Source: a bacterium
Lineage (GTDB): Archaea; Thermoplasmatota; Thermoplasmata; Lutacidiplasmatales; UBA184
Length of the DNA: 50,475 nucleotides
Direction of reading: 5' to 3'
Assembly (NCBI GenBank): GCA_027309555.1
Contig: DAIDCO010000007.1
Span: 1-50,475, forward strand
A model generated the notes under the pieces. The model did no database searches and was not told the DNA's origin. It saw only the letters and a program-made list of their open reading frames with translations. A program made the translations under genes and the position numbers. This document shows positions 1-9,800 of this stretch, one piece after another. How positions within the stretch are numbered: the stretch's first letter is position 1; each line of letters begins with the position of its first letter.

Positions 1-1
1 C

Positions 2-241
2 CTTCCCGCGGTCCCCGCCACCGTGTCGGAGCCGACCGCGACCGGGAACCCGTCGAGAGAGCCTAGGATCCCTTCCGAGGATCTCTGGGAGAATCGGGCG
101 CTCGCCAGCCTGGTCGGTCTGCATCGTTTCCGTTCGCGGACCCCGTACCTCGAGGATTCCCGCGACCTGAGACTGTCGGATTCGGACGTTCGGTTGCTGA
201 GGACCCTCCAGCCGGGGATCGAACCGCTGCTGAATCCGTAA
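2..241 (+). CDS. 3' end of a hypothetical protein that probably begins before the window
   Basis: Frame is open from the window edge to TAA at 239-241. The sequence is protein-like (EDLWENRALASLVGLHRF...VRLLRTLQPGIEPLL) but has no recognisable motif. Confidence 0.45.
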   Translation, partial: LPAVPATVSEPTATGNPSREPRIPSEDLWENRALASLVGLHRFRSRTPYLEDSRDLRLSDSDVRLLRTLQPGIEPLLNP

Positions 242-410
242 GGCACGCCGCGGGACCTCCGACGATCGCAGGGGATCTCGCGCGCCTGTGGCAACTCACT
301 GCGGAGCCGTCCGGTGGACCTCACTCCACTACCCACGCTCCCGACGACCGTGGAATCGATGGCTTGATGAAGGGGGTTCGCGCATGGAACGTCCTGGGGG
401 TCACTAGCCG

Positions 411-1091
411 ATGCCACCGAAGGCGAGAACCTGGACCGACGGTCTCGATAACCTGGGGGAGAATCTCATCCGCTTGAGCTCCGCGCTCAAGACGCTCGAG
501 ACCACTCCGACCACGCTCTCGAGCGATACCGCCTTCGCAAGCGCGATCGGCCAGGCCGCTGCGGGCTACGCCCGGGCGTTCCGACAAACACGCCCGGTGC
601 TGGTGGCGGTCGAGAAGCCGTTCCTCGGTCTGGTTCCCTCCGGACCCGACGACGACCTTCCCGAGGGGGCCGATGCGGAGGACCTCCAACAGGCCCATAC
701 GCTCCTGCATGAGGGGATCCTCGCCTCGCAGGAGATCGTATCCCTGCTCGAACGGGCGCAACGTGCGAGCGAGACCGCCCCCGCGGCGACCCGGCAGATC
801 CTGGAGCCGGCCCTCGCCGGGCTTGCGGATTCGACCGGAGGGGCCGGCTGGGAACTTCGGACCGTGTGTCACGAGTATCAGGCCGAGGTCCGGCTCTACG
901 GCACACCCCCCACGAGGCTCGGAGATATTGGACCCGGGGCGCGCGGGTTGCTGCGCGACATGGCCGGTGCGGCCCGTCGCCTTCGGGCGGCCCGTCGGGA
1001 GTGGTTCCGTATCGATCAACGGCTCGCTGCCGCTACGGGGGTCTCGTCCGAGCCGGTGTCGGGCGCTCCTCCCGAGAATAGTTCCAGCTGA
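411..1091 (+). CDS. Hypothetical alpha-helical protein (226 aa)
   Basis: ATG preceded by GGGGGT. Balanced amphipathic-helix composition, unlike the Arg/Pro-rich shadow ORFs. Confidence 0.7.
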   Translation: MPPKARTWTDGLDNLGENLIRLSSALKTLETTPTTLSSDTAFASAIGQAAAGYARAFRQTRPVLVAVEKPFLGLVPSGPDDDLPEGADAEDLQQAHTLLHEGILASQEIVSLLERAQRASETAPAATRQILEPALAGLADSTGGAGWELRTVCHEYQAEVRLYGTPPTRLGDIGPGARGLLRDMAGAARRLRAARREWFRIDQRLAAATGVSSEPVSGAPPENSSS

Positions 1092-1183
1092 CCCGGCGTG
1101 CTTTTCGAGCGGTTCGCTCGCGGCTCGGCGGTGTGACCGTACCCGGGCCCTCCTCCTCGGGCGGAGGCGGTCTGCCTACTCGG

Positions 1184-2026
1184 TCAGGGCGTCCTCGCGC
1201 GCGATTCTACCGGGCGCCGAGGAGGCTCGACGGGCACGGCCAACGCCGTCTCCGGCGGGTCCCCGAGCGTTGTCTCGGTGACCGCGGACGGGGCCTGGGG
1301 AGCGGCCCAGGCATCCACGAGTGCGCCACTCGGGTCCTCGGCGGCTTCGAAGGAGGTCTCCCCGCTCCCGAGGTCGCTGTGGAGCCGTGCGCTCAGCACG
1401 CTGGCCCGATGGAGGACCCGTTCGTAGAGTTCGTCGACGGTGGGGTCGACGGCGGCCGTCGGGTCGGGCGCGACGGCCGCTCCGTGCTCTCCGAGGGCGG
1501 TCAGGAGCGACCGGAGCTCTCGCACGCTCTGCACCGCCTCTCGAAGCCGGTCGACCTCGAGCAGCCAGCGCGCTTCGTTGTGGAGGTCCCGGGCCGCGCG
1601 GATCCGCGGGTCCTGGGGGCGGAAACCCTCGAGCGCCACCCCCGAGCGGCGGAGCTCTTCGGAGAGCAAGTCGCGGATGGAGTCCAAAAAGAGCCCCTCA
1701 AAAAGGCCCTCCTCGGTGACCCCTTCGGCGAGGGGAGGCGGAACCACGGCGAGCGCCGTGGAGACGGGAGCCTCGCCGGGGAGCGCCGCCGCGCGCACGA
1801 CCTGGCCGAGGCACGCACGACAGTGGGTCGGGGCATCGACCGCTTCGAGGAAGTAGAACATCCGCTCCGCGACTGAGAGCTCCCCGCCGCAGGCGGAGCA
1901 GCAACGGACCACCCGATCGGGGAGCGCGTCGTCGGCCGACGGCCCACGGTTGGGGGGGACCGTGGAGTGGCGACCCAGCCCTCGAGGGACCCGATGGAGA
2001 CCCACGCTTCCGGGGGGGACCGACAC
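1184..2026 (-). CDS. Soluble protein with an N-terminal C4 zinc finger and a helical C-terminal region
   Basis: CSAC-x22-CRAC motif. GTG start at 2026 chosen because a TTTAAG box lies about 26-31 nt upstream on the minus strand. Confidence 0.7.
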   Translation of the reverse strand: MSVPPGSVGLHRVPRGLGRHSTVPPNRGPSADDALPDRVVRCCSACGGELSVAERMFYFLEAVDAPTHCRACLGQVVRAAALPGEAPVSTALAVVPPPLAEGVTEEGLFEGLFLDSIRDLLSEELRRSGVALEGFRPQDPRIRAARDLHNEARWLLEVDRLREAVQSVRELRSLLTALGEHGAAVAPDPTAAVDPTVDELYERVLHRASVLSARLHSDLGSGETSFEAAEDPSGALVDAWAAPQAPSAVTETTLGDPPETALAVPVEPPRRPVESRARTP

Positions 2027-2048
2027 GGTTCTCTCCCGGTGGACTTCG

Positions 2049-2270
2049 AGACTTAAACATGTGCGTCGACTCGAAGTCGGGACAGCTGCCCTCAGGACCG
2101 GAGGAACACGCCGGTTCCGGCGTGCGGGCTTCCGTTCGGGTCCCTGACCCCCGAGGATCGGCGGTGCGAGTGCGTCCCGACGACCCATGCCAGGTCCACC
2201 GCTCAGGTTCCCGTTCGGCCGAGAACCGCCGGATCGACCGCGCGGTTCGTGAACAGCACCAGACTTAAAT
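2049..2270. promoter_or_regulatory. Putative divergent archaeal promoter region
   Basis: AGACTTAAA occurs at 2049-2057 and 2261-2269. These are the main AT-rich spots in the spacer, each about 25 nt from a candidate start of one of the two divergent genes. Confidence 0.5.
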
Positions 2271-2289
2271 CGGGGAGACCGCGACCCCT

Positions 2290-3813
2290 GTGCGTGAGGC
2301 TGCTCGAGCGCGCTGTCCTCCCGAAAGCGCGCCCGCGCGGGCCGCGACGGCCCGTGACTCGCGGAGCGAGCGTGGTTCCGTGACGGCGCTCTTCTTCGAG
2401 GTGGTCTCGGGCTGGGAGCTTGCGTCCATCGGGGTGACTCTCCTCATCAGCGTCTACTTGATCGTGACCCTGATCGCCGCGATCCTACGGCCTCCTCCCG
2501 ACCGAAAGTACCCGCGCGGCGGCCAGCTTCCCATGGTCAGCGTGGTGATCCCGGTCTACAACGAGCCGCCGGAGCTGGTGCGGGCGACGCTCGCGGCCTG
2601 GAAGGCGGTTCGTTATCCTTCGTTCGAGATCGTCGTGGCGGACGACTCGACGGAGCCGCTCACCGTGGACGACCCATCGATCCGGGTGCTCCGGCGGCCG
2701 ACCCGAGAGGGGTTCAAGGGCGGGGCGCTCCGCAACGCCGCCCACCACCTCGATCCCGCTTCCGAATGGATGGTCGTCTTCGATGCCGATTTTCTGGTCG
2801 ACCCGGATGTGCTCGTCCGTTTTACCGAGCACTACGCGCCCGATGTGGGCGGGGTGCAGGGCTTCCAAGCGATGGGCCGCAACGTTCGTCCGAACTACCT
2901 GAGCCGATTCTCCGAGTCGTTCCACGAAGTCGCGAACACTCTCCTGGCGGGCCGGTACCGACTTCACGGCTTCGTCGGCGTCCAGGGAACGGTGCAATCG
3001 TACCGGGTCGAGGCGGTCCGCGCGATCGGCGGGCTCGCGCCGTACTCGACGGCCAACGAGGACCTCGACACGACGTTCCGACTGCGGAAGGCCGGGTGGA
3101 AGATCGTCTACGACCCCCGCATCGTCGGTCGGGGGATCGCCCCCGAGCGCTACGGCGTCTTCTTCACGCAGTCGACCCGCTGGACCTCCACGACGGTGCG
3201 GGAGTATCGACGCCACTGGGGGTCGTTCCTCCGTTCCCCGAACGTCCCCGCGATCGAGAAGATCGATTCGTTCCTGTTCCTACTGACCTGGACGAACTCG
3301 CTCGTGGTGACCCCGACGCTCGCCTTCCTCCCCTGGGCGCTCCTCGGCCTGCACCTGATCCCGCTCTGGCTCTCCGTGCTGATCACCGCCCTTCCGGCGG
3401 TGCTCTTCACCCTCCCCATGCTGGCCGGGACCCCGGCACGCGTCGGTCTCGTTGGCTGGGTCGGCTACTACGTACTCCTCCTGCCCGGCTACCTCGTCAT
3501 GTTCCGCGCCTCCCTCCTCGGTCTCTTCACGGACCCCGGGTTCGCCCGCACTCCGAAGACCGTCGGCTCCCCCGCCGGTGCCGGATCGATCTCACCGGCC
3601 CCGAGCGCCACCTCCTGGGCCGGGCGTGCGGGAGCGACCGGGGCCCATTCCACCGTACAGCGTGCGACGTGCGTCAGCTGCGGCCACGTGCTCTCCCATC
3701 GTGAGGTGCTCTTCTATGCGGTGGGGGCGCTCGATGTGGGGGTGGCCGCCTGCCGGGCCTGTCTCGGGTCGAAGGAGTGGTCCGGTCGGCGGTCGCCGTC
3801 GCTCGCGGGATAG
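2290..3813 (+). CDS. Processive GT2 glycosyltransferase (cellulose-synthase-like) with a C-terminal C4 zinc finger
   Basis: Motifs VIPVYNE, ADDS, FKGGAL, FDADF, NED and QSTRW (D,D,D,QxxRW). TM helices at both ends and CVSC...CRAC at the C-terminus. The start could be GTG 2380. Confidence 0.9.
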   Translation: MREAARARCPPESAPARAATARDSRSERGSVTALFFEVVSGWELASIGVTLLISVYLIVTLIAAILRPPPDRKYPRGGQLPMVSVVIPVYNEPPELVRATLAAWKAVRYPSFEIVVADDSTEPLTVDDPSIRVLRRPTREGFKGGALRNAAHHLDPASEWMVVFDADFLVDPDVLVRFTEHYAPDVGGVQGFQAMGRNVRPNYLSRFSESFHEVANTLLAGRYRLHGFVGVQGTVQSYRVEAVRAIGGLAPYSTANEDLDTTFRLRKAGWKIVYDPRIVGRGIAPERYGVFFTQSTRWTSTTVREYRRHWGSFLRSPNVPAIEKIDSFLFLLTWTNSLVVTPTLAFLPWALLGLHLIPLWLSVLITALPAVLFTLPMLAGTPARVGLVGWVGYYVLLLPGYLVMFRASLLGLFTDPGFARTPKTVGSPAGAGSISPAPSATSWAGRAGATGAHSTVQRATCVSCGHVLSHREVLFYAVGALDVGVAACRACLGSKEWSGRRSPSLAG

Positions 3814-3883
3814 ATCGGGTCCGCTGCCATCGCGGGGGGGGGTTCCCGTCGATCCGCAGGGCCGCGGTCCCCGGTCCCCTCGA

Positions 3884-5122
3884 TCAGCCGAAGAGGACCG
3901 GGGCGCGTCGGGTCTGGCCGCCCCGCGGGAGGAGTACTACGAGGCACGCCGCGACGAGGCCGAGGACGGCCATCACTTCGAACGCGAGGGCAAGGAGCCC
4001 ATAGCCCGCCCCCACGATCCCGCCCACCACCAGCGGCCCGACGGTCCCGCCGCCCCCCGAGCCGAGCCCGAAGACCAGCGCGTTCGCGAACGACGACGAA
4101 CCGCTCGGACTGTAGTCCGCGGAGAGCGTCATCAGTAAGGGGAAGGCACTGAACGTGAAGAATCCGAGGAGGAAGAGGAGGACCTCCGCCTCGACCCCAC
4201 CGGAAAAGAGGTAACCGAACGTCGCGAGGGCCGACCCGGCGGAGCTGATCCCGATCAAGAGCCGACGGTCGAACCGGCTCGCGGCGACCCCGAAGAACGG
4301 CTGGCCGAGGATCCCGCCGACGTACATCACGGTGACCGCGAGTCCGAGCTCGCCGCCCGCGCCGGCGCCCCGGGAGACCGTGAGGTATGTGGGGATCCAC
4401 ACCGCCACACCCTGCGAGGCCATCGAGCGCAGGAACGAGAGCGCCGTGAGGCGGACGATCCCGGGAGTAAGGGCGTCCCGGGCTCCGCCAGCCGCCGGCG
4501 GGGAACCGGTCGACTCCCGCGGACTCACCGATCGGGTGCCCCACTGAATCAGGATGGCGGACACGAGGCCGATCGCGGCGAAGAGAAGGAGCGAGTCGCT
4601 GGTCACGAGGGCGAGCGTCGTCAGGAAGAAGAGGAACGGGTAGAGCGCGCGGCCGAGGCTGCCGAACGCGCCGTTGATGCCGAGCGCCGCCCCGCGCCGG
4701 TCCGCCCCGAACGCGCGCTGGATGAGCGACGCCCCGAGCGGATGGTAGAACGAGGTCGCGAAGCCGGTGATGGCCCCTGCAGCGAGGGCCACCGGGAAAC
4801 CGAGCGAGCCCGCGACCCCCGAGAGCACTAGGTAGAATCCGAGCAGACCGACGGCCAGTAGGCCGATGCCGACCCCCATCAAGGCGACGGGACGACCATG
4901 GCGGTCCGCCCACCAGCCGATGAAGAGTCCGAGGATGGAGGAGGTGACGTAGTAGACGACGAAGAGGGCCGTGACCTCGACCGGCGGGAAGCCGCGCAGG
5001 GGTCCGAGCAGCGCCGCGATGACCGGGACGAAGAACGACGTGCCGTCGTTCACGAAGTGGGCCAGCGAGCTCAGGCCCAGCACCAGGGCCGAACGCCCCG
5101 AACGCCCGTTCTGGTCCCGCAT
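3884..5122 (-). CDS. MFS transporter
   Basis: About 12 hydrophobic helices, N-terminal AHFVND, motif A GWWADRHGR, FYHP and a second motif ASRFDRR. Confidence 0.92.
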   Translation of the reverse strand: MRDQNGRSGRSALVLGLSSLAHFVNDGTSFFVPVIAALLGPLRGFPPVEVTALFVVYYVTSSILGLFIGWWADRHGRPVALMGVGIGLLAVGLLGFYLVLSGVAGSLGFPVALAAGAITGFATSFYHPLGASLIQRAFGADRRGAALGINGAFGSLGRALYPFLFFLTTLALVTSDSLLLFAAIGLVSAILIQWGTRSVSPRESTGSPPAAGGARDALTPGIVRLTALSFLRSMASQGVAVWIPTYLTVSRGAGAGGELGLAVTVMYVGGILGQPFFGVAASRFDRRLLIGISSAGSALATFGYLFSGGVEAEVLLFLLGFFTFSAFPLLMTLSADYSPSGSSSFANALVFGLGSGGGGTVGPLVVGGIVGAGYGLLALAFEVMAVLGLVAACLVVLLPRGGQTRRAPVLFG

Positions 5123-5215
5123 TCTGCCGCCCGCACGGAGCGGACACGCTCTTAATGTCGCTACCTTCGCGAGGGGTCCGGCCCGATCGCCGTCCGTCGG
5201 CCGAGCAAGGCCGCG

Positions 5216-5533
5216 CTATTCGGGGAGACCCTGACCCTTCCAGGCCGGATACCGGGTAAGTTCGCCTTCGGAGACGTTCGCTACGTACCGATGGCGGCAC
5301 GAGAACTGCATGATCCGCTTGCCCTCCTGGGCGAGCTTCGCCCATCGCGACTTCGTGCGCGGGTTCTGCTCGATCCCCTCGAGCACGTTCTCCCCATAGG
5401 TGAACGCGACGACGCGCAGTTGCTGGGCTCGCGTCCGGCTCACCCGGAATCGCCGGCCGTCCAACTCGACTTCGGTGCGCGCGTCGACGAGGGACTGCTT
5501 CCAGACCTCCACCATTACATCTCCGAGCGTCAC
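5216..5533 (-). CDS. Small hypothetical protein (about 105 aa)
   Basis: Globular sequence VEVWKQSL...GIEQNPRTKSRWAKLAQEGKRIMQF...YVANV. Start reassigned to GTG 5533. Confidence 0.75.
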   Translation of the reverse strand: MTLGDVMVEVWKQSLVDARTEVELDGRRFRVSRTRAQQLRVVAFTYGENVLEGIEQNPRTKSRWAKLAQEGKRIMQFSCRHRYVANVSEGELTRYPAWKGQGLPE

Positions 5534-5708
5534 AGGTTTCCCCCGCTCGCGTCGAAGCGGGCCCGCGAAATATCCTTGTGGGCCCGGAGCGAGGCGAAGC
5601 GAGCCGTACGGCCTCCCTTCGACGGAGGGAGCCCGTGTCGCGCCGCGGGGGCAGCGATCGGCGTCGCGGAGCGCCCCGTCGGCGGGGGTCACGACCGTCC
5701 GGGGTCGC

Positions 5709-6653
5709 TCACGGGGGTTCGTGGTGGAGCAGCGGGGCGATCAGCCGGGCCAGGAGGTCGAGCCCCTCCCGCATCCGGTCCTCGTCGATCCCGATGTAGT
5801 GGACCGTCTGGTCCAGCGAGACGTGCCCGTAGAGATTCTTCAGTTGGACGAGGTCCATGCCCGCCGAGTTCGCGAGGCGACCGAAGGTCCGACGAAGGTC
5901 GTGGTGCGAGACCCGGACTCCGATGTCGGGCAGCCCGGATCGACGCACCGCCCGTTGCAGCACGAGGTCGACACCGGACCGGGAGAGGTCCATGACGGGC
6001 GCGTCCCCCGGCCTCTGCCCATCTTGCGCCAAGCGAAGCACCTCTTCCGTGGCCGGGAACATCGGAACGACGCGCCATTTGCCCCCATTCCGGCCTTTGC
6101 CGAGAACGTGAAGACGGCGGGCGGGGAGGTCGACGTCCCGCCATCGGAGGCGCAGGACCTCTATGCGTCGCAGCCCGTTGAACCCCTCCAGCGAGATGAG
6201 AACCCGTTCCCGACCACGAGCGGCGCGGTAGAGACGGGCGAGCTCCTCCGTCTTCAGCCACCGTCGGTGAGTGGGGGCCGCGGAGGGCACGGACCACGCG
6301 TCCGGCACGTCCGCGAGGGGATTGCCGGCCCACCGCAGGAACCTACGCAGCGCCGTGAAGTGGAGCGCGAGGGTCCCGGGGGACCAGGGAAGGCTGCGGC
6401 GCAGGCCCGAAAGGTGTTCGCGGGTCACCTCCCTCGGCGATGTGGGAAGGTCCGGCGCGCCGATACGGAGAAGGAGGGCAGGGGTGCGCGCGACCTCGTA
6501 GCGGATCCGGCGTCGCCACAACTCTCCCACGGAGGTCAGCGAGGTGAGTCCCATCGAGAACTCGTCGAGCGCGGAGACCCAAGGGTCGGCTGCGCCGCTC
6601 CGCGAGCGGGGCCGACGGGATCGCCGGCCACGGGGCGACTTAGGCCGAGGCAC
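5709..6653 (-). CDS. Tyrosine recombinase / site-specific integrase (Xer-like)
   Basis: Complete catalytic set: GLRRIE (R), VLGKG (K), HDLRR (HxxR), LYGH (H) and TVHY (Y). N-terminal core-binding segment ends in ALRRFLRW. CTTAAG box at 6677-6682. Confidence 0.93.
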   Translation of the reverse strand: MPRPKSPRGRRSRRPRSRSGAADPWVSALDEFSMGLTSLTSVGELWRRRIRYEVARTPALLLRIGAPDLPTSPREVTREHLSGLRRSLPWSPGTLALHFTALRRFLRWAGNPLADVPDAWSVPSAAPTHRRWLKTEELARLYRAARGRERVLISLEGFNGLRRIEVLRLRWRDVDLPARRLHVLGKGRNGGKWRVVPMFPATEEVLRLAQDGQRPGDAPVMDLSRSGVDLVLQRAVRRSGLPDIGVRVSHHDLRRTFGRLANSAGMDLVQLKNLYGHVSLDQTVHYIGIDEDRMREGLDLLARLIAPLLHHEPP

Positions 6654-6852
6654 CTCCCACGGTCGGATGCGGACGGCTTAAGATCACAGACCCCGAAGGG
6701 AGGTGGAAGGTGGGGCCAACGTGCCGGACTCGGCCGCCGACGAGCGCCCGAGTGCAAGGTCGAGCCTCGGCGGACAGTCCGGGCCCTCCACGGGCCTCGG
6801 GAGGGGAGGAGCGTATGGGTCGCTCGCCTCGCCGACGCCCCCGCGCGAGGGA

Positions 6853-9800
6853 CTACGGGCGGGGGGGAGTCTCCTCCGGGTGCATCATGACCGGTCGGAC
6901 ACGTCGCGCAAAGATCAGCGTGGTGATGAACAGGATCACCGCGACCACCGCGAGGACTCCGATGATCGCCCAGGCCGTGTTGCTGATCGTGCCGCCGTTC
7001 GACGAGCTCGACCCAACGGTCGGGTTCAGTGCGACGTTCACCGTGGTCGCCTGACCACTCGTGACGGTCACGTTGTTGTAGTAGGTCGAGTAGCCCGGCG
7101 CCGAGACGACGACCGCGTGGACCCCGGGAGCGAAGCTCCCCGTGAACGTCCCGCCCGCGAGCGTCACGGCCGTTCCGTCGATGGTAGCCGTCGATCCGCT
7201 CGTCGACACCAGGAGGATGATCTGCCCGTTCGGTCCGGTAGGTGGGGTCACCGGGTTCAAGGCGATCCCGACCGTCGTTGTACCCCCGCTCGTCACCGTC
7301 ACGTTGTTGTAGTAGGTGTAGTAACCCGCGGCGCTCGCCTCGACCGCGACTGTCCCGGGCGAGACCGCAACGCTGAACGTACCGTTCGTGACCGACACGG
7401 CCACGGCGTTGATCGTCACCGATGCGGAGTTCGGAGTGACCGTGCCGGTGAGGGTCCCGGCGGTCGTCGCTGCCCTGAAACCGATGTCCACCGTAACGGT
7501 TCCGCCCGCCGGGACGCTGACGGTGCCCGAAGCGGGGAGTGCTAGGTAGCCCGAAACGGTGGCCACCGTGTAGGCGTAGGTTCCGAAGGCGAGCGACGTC
7601 GAGTGCGCGGCGCTCGTCCCGGAGAGCGTCGTGCTGGCCACCGTCACCGACCACGAGGTTCCCGTCGGAAGCCCTGCCGCTGCGAAGATCGCGAGGCCGG
7701 TCATCGGAGCGTAGGTCACCGCTTCCGCGGAGATGGGACCCGAGGCGTTGACGATCTTCCCGGTGATCGGCTCGATGGTGAAGAAGTCAACGGTCGGGAT
7801 GGCCGTGTACTCGCTCACCGACCCGAACTCGATCGTGTACTGACCTGCGGGGAGCTCGAACGAGAGCGACCCGGCGCCGGTCACGGTCCCTCCGAAGGGC
7901 AGGGTCTCCGACGGCGCGGGGACGACCGTTGCGCTCCAGGAGGAGCCGCTGGCGAGCCCCGATTCTACCACCGGCAGCGGGAAGAGCGTCGGGCCCGCGG
8001 GACAGGCGTCCCCACCGTTGAGAATGAACCCGAGGCTGTTGAACGGGAGCGGCAGGCCCGGCTGATAGTTCCACCAGAAGTTGCCGCAGAGCGTAGCACT
8101 TCCGGTCACCGACTGTGTCGGGACCGGTATACCGTTGATCGTCACGCTCGAACCGGCAGCGATCGGGCTGGTCAGGTTCCAGTTGTTCGAGTAGGTGATC
8201 GGAACCGTCGCGTAGAGGTCATCGAAGACGTTGTAGTTCGTCTGGAACGCCGGCTGAGTAGCGGCGAAGTAGTTGTTGAAGAACAGGTCGCCGCCCTCGT
8301 TCTCCGAGACCCCGAGCGGTTGGCCCGGCGGGACGGTTCCGTAGGGCGCGATGATCCCGGGCATGAAGTTGCCGGGGAGGACCGAGTTCTGGAACGTGTT
8401 CGCCGTGACCGTATTGCCCGTACCCCCGTAGGTGAAAAGGGCGTTCGACACGACGTCGAAGGTCACTCCGGCGACGAGCGAGGAGGTCGCGTTCCACAGC
8501 ACCACGTTCGCGAAGGGGAAGCCCGCCTGATTTGCGCTGAACCAGCCCGAGATCGTTCCGCCGAGGACCGAGACGTGGGAGGTCTGGAACGCCCAGATCG
8601 ACAGCTCGTTCGTAGTCGGGACGGAGTACTGCTGGGCGAACACCGCGTACGGGCCCCAATAGTCGACCGAGAACGGCGCGGGGTTGGCGATCAGGACGTA
8701 GGCGCTCGTATTGACGAGCGAGATCCCGGCGTAGGAGGGGAAGGCGTAGTCGTTGAACGTGGCGAACTCCGGTGCCAGCGGCCCATACTCGTTATTCACG
8801 AGTCGGTACGGGTTGCCGATCGCCCCGGTTCCGCCGGAAGAGATCGCCGGGAGCTGGCTGTTCGAGTACGCGTAGAGCGGGGTGTAGACGCCGGCGCTGG
8901 CGTTCGCCACTAGGGACACCGTGAGCGCGGCGCCGGTCGAGGGAGTGATGGCGAGCCCCGCAGCGATCACGGCCGTGTAGTCGCTTTCCATGACCTTGAC
9001 AGAGTACGCCCCATTCGTGAGCTGCCAGTCGGCCGCTCCCGAGACCGGGATCGGCGCCCAGGCCGCCTCCGAGGAGTTGTAGGTCGAACGGTCGGTGACG
9101 AACGCCCACGAGTTGGAGGGGGCGATCGTCGCCCGGAGGTGGGAAGGTCCCACGAGGGGCGTCGCGCTCGAGTTCCAGAACGGCTGAATGAACTCGGGTC
9201 CCCCGTTGAGGTGGGCGACCTGGCCCGCGGTGTAGTACTCGGCGACTCCGACCGCCGTCTCACCGGTCTCGGATCCCGAGCTCCAGGCGGACGGTTCGTT
9301 GACGTACTGCCTCGCGGTTGCGTTCCAGTGCTGCAGGGTCATCGTCGCGTTGATCGCGTTGAAGGTCGCGGTGCTCCCGCCGCCCGGTCCGCCCAGCATC
9401 ACCTCGGCATCGTACGGGATGAACCCGGTCGGAGTGAGCGTAGTGCCGTCGACGTGGAAGTGGGCTTGAGGGATCGTCGCCGAGCCCCCGGTGTTGTTGA
9501 ACAGGGCCCGGTCGTACTGGTCCGACATGACCTGGCCGCCGGCCCCGTTGAGGAGGTCGAACGCGAAATTCACCTCAGTGTAGGCCGACCCTTGGTAGAG
9601 TAGTGTGGTGGCATTGATGTAGAAGACAATCGAGAACGGGGTCGAGATCCCGTTGAACGTCGGGGTCCCTGCCGCGTAGTAGCCGATCGAGGGATTGTCC
9701 GAGCCGTTCGTGTAACCGGGGAGGTAGAAGAACGTGTTCACCGGCTGCGGCGACGGCGGAGCGGAGGAGAAGTTCCAGATATTGTTCTCGATGAAGAGCT

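Noticed and set aside
5216-6653. Integron or prophage interpretation of the recombinase
   Set aside because: No IntI-specific insertion, attC array, tRNA target or viral/plasmid genes are evident, and the flanking genes look chromosomal.
7060-7330. Direct DNA repeat TCACGTTGTTGTAGTAGGT
   Set aside because: Explained by tandem PEGA-like protein repeats (YYNNVTVTSG) inside thermopsin.
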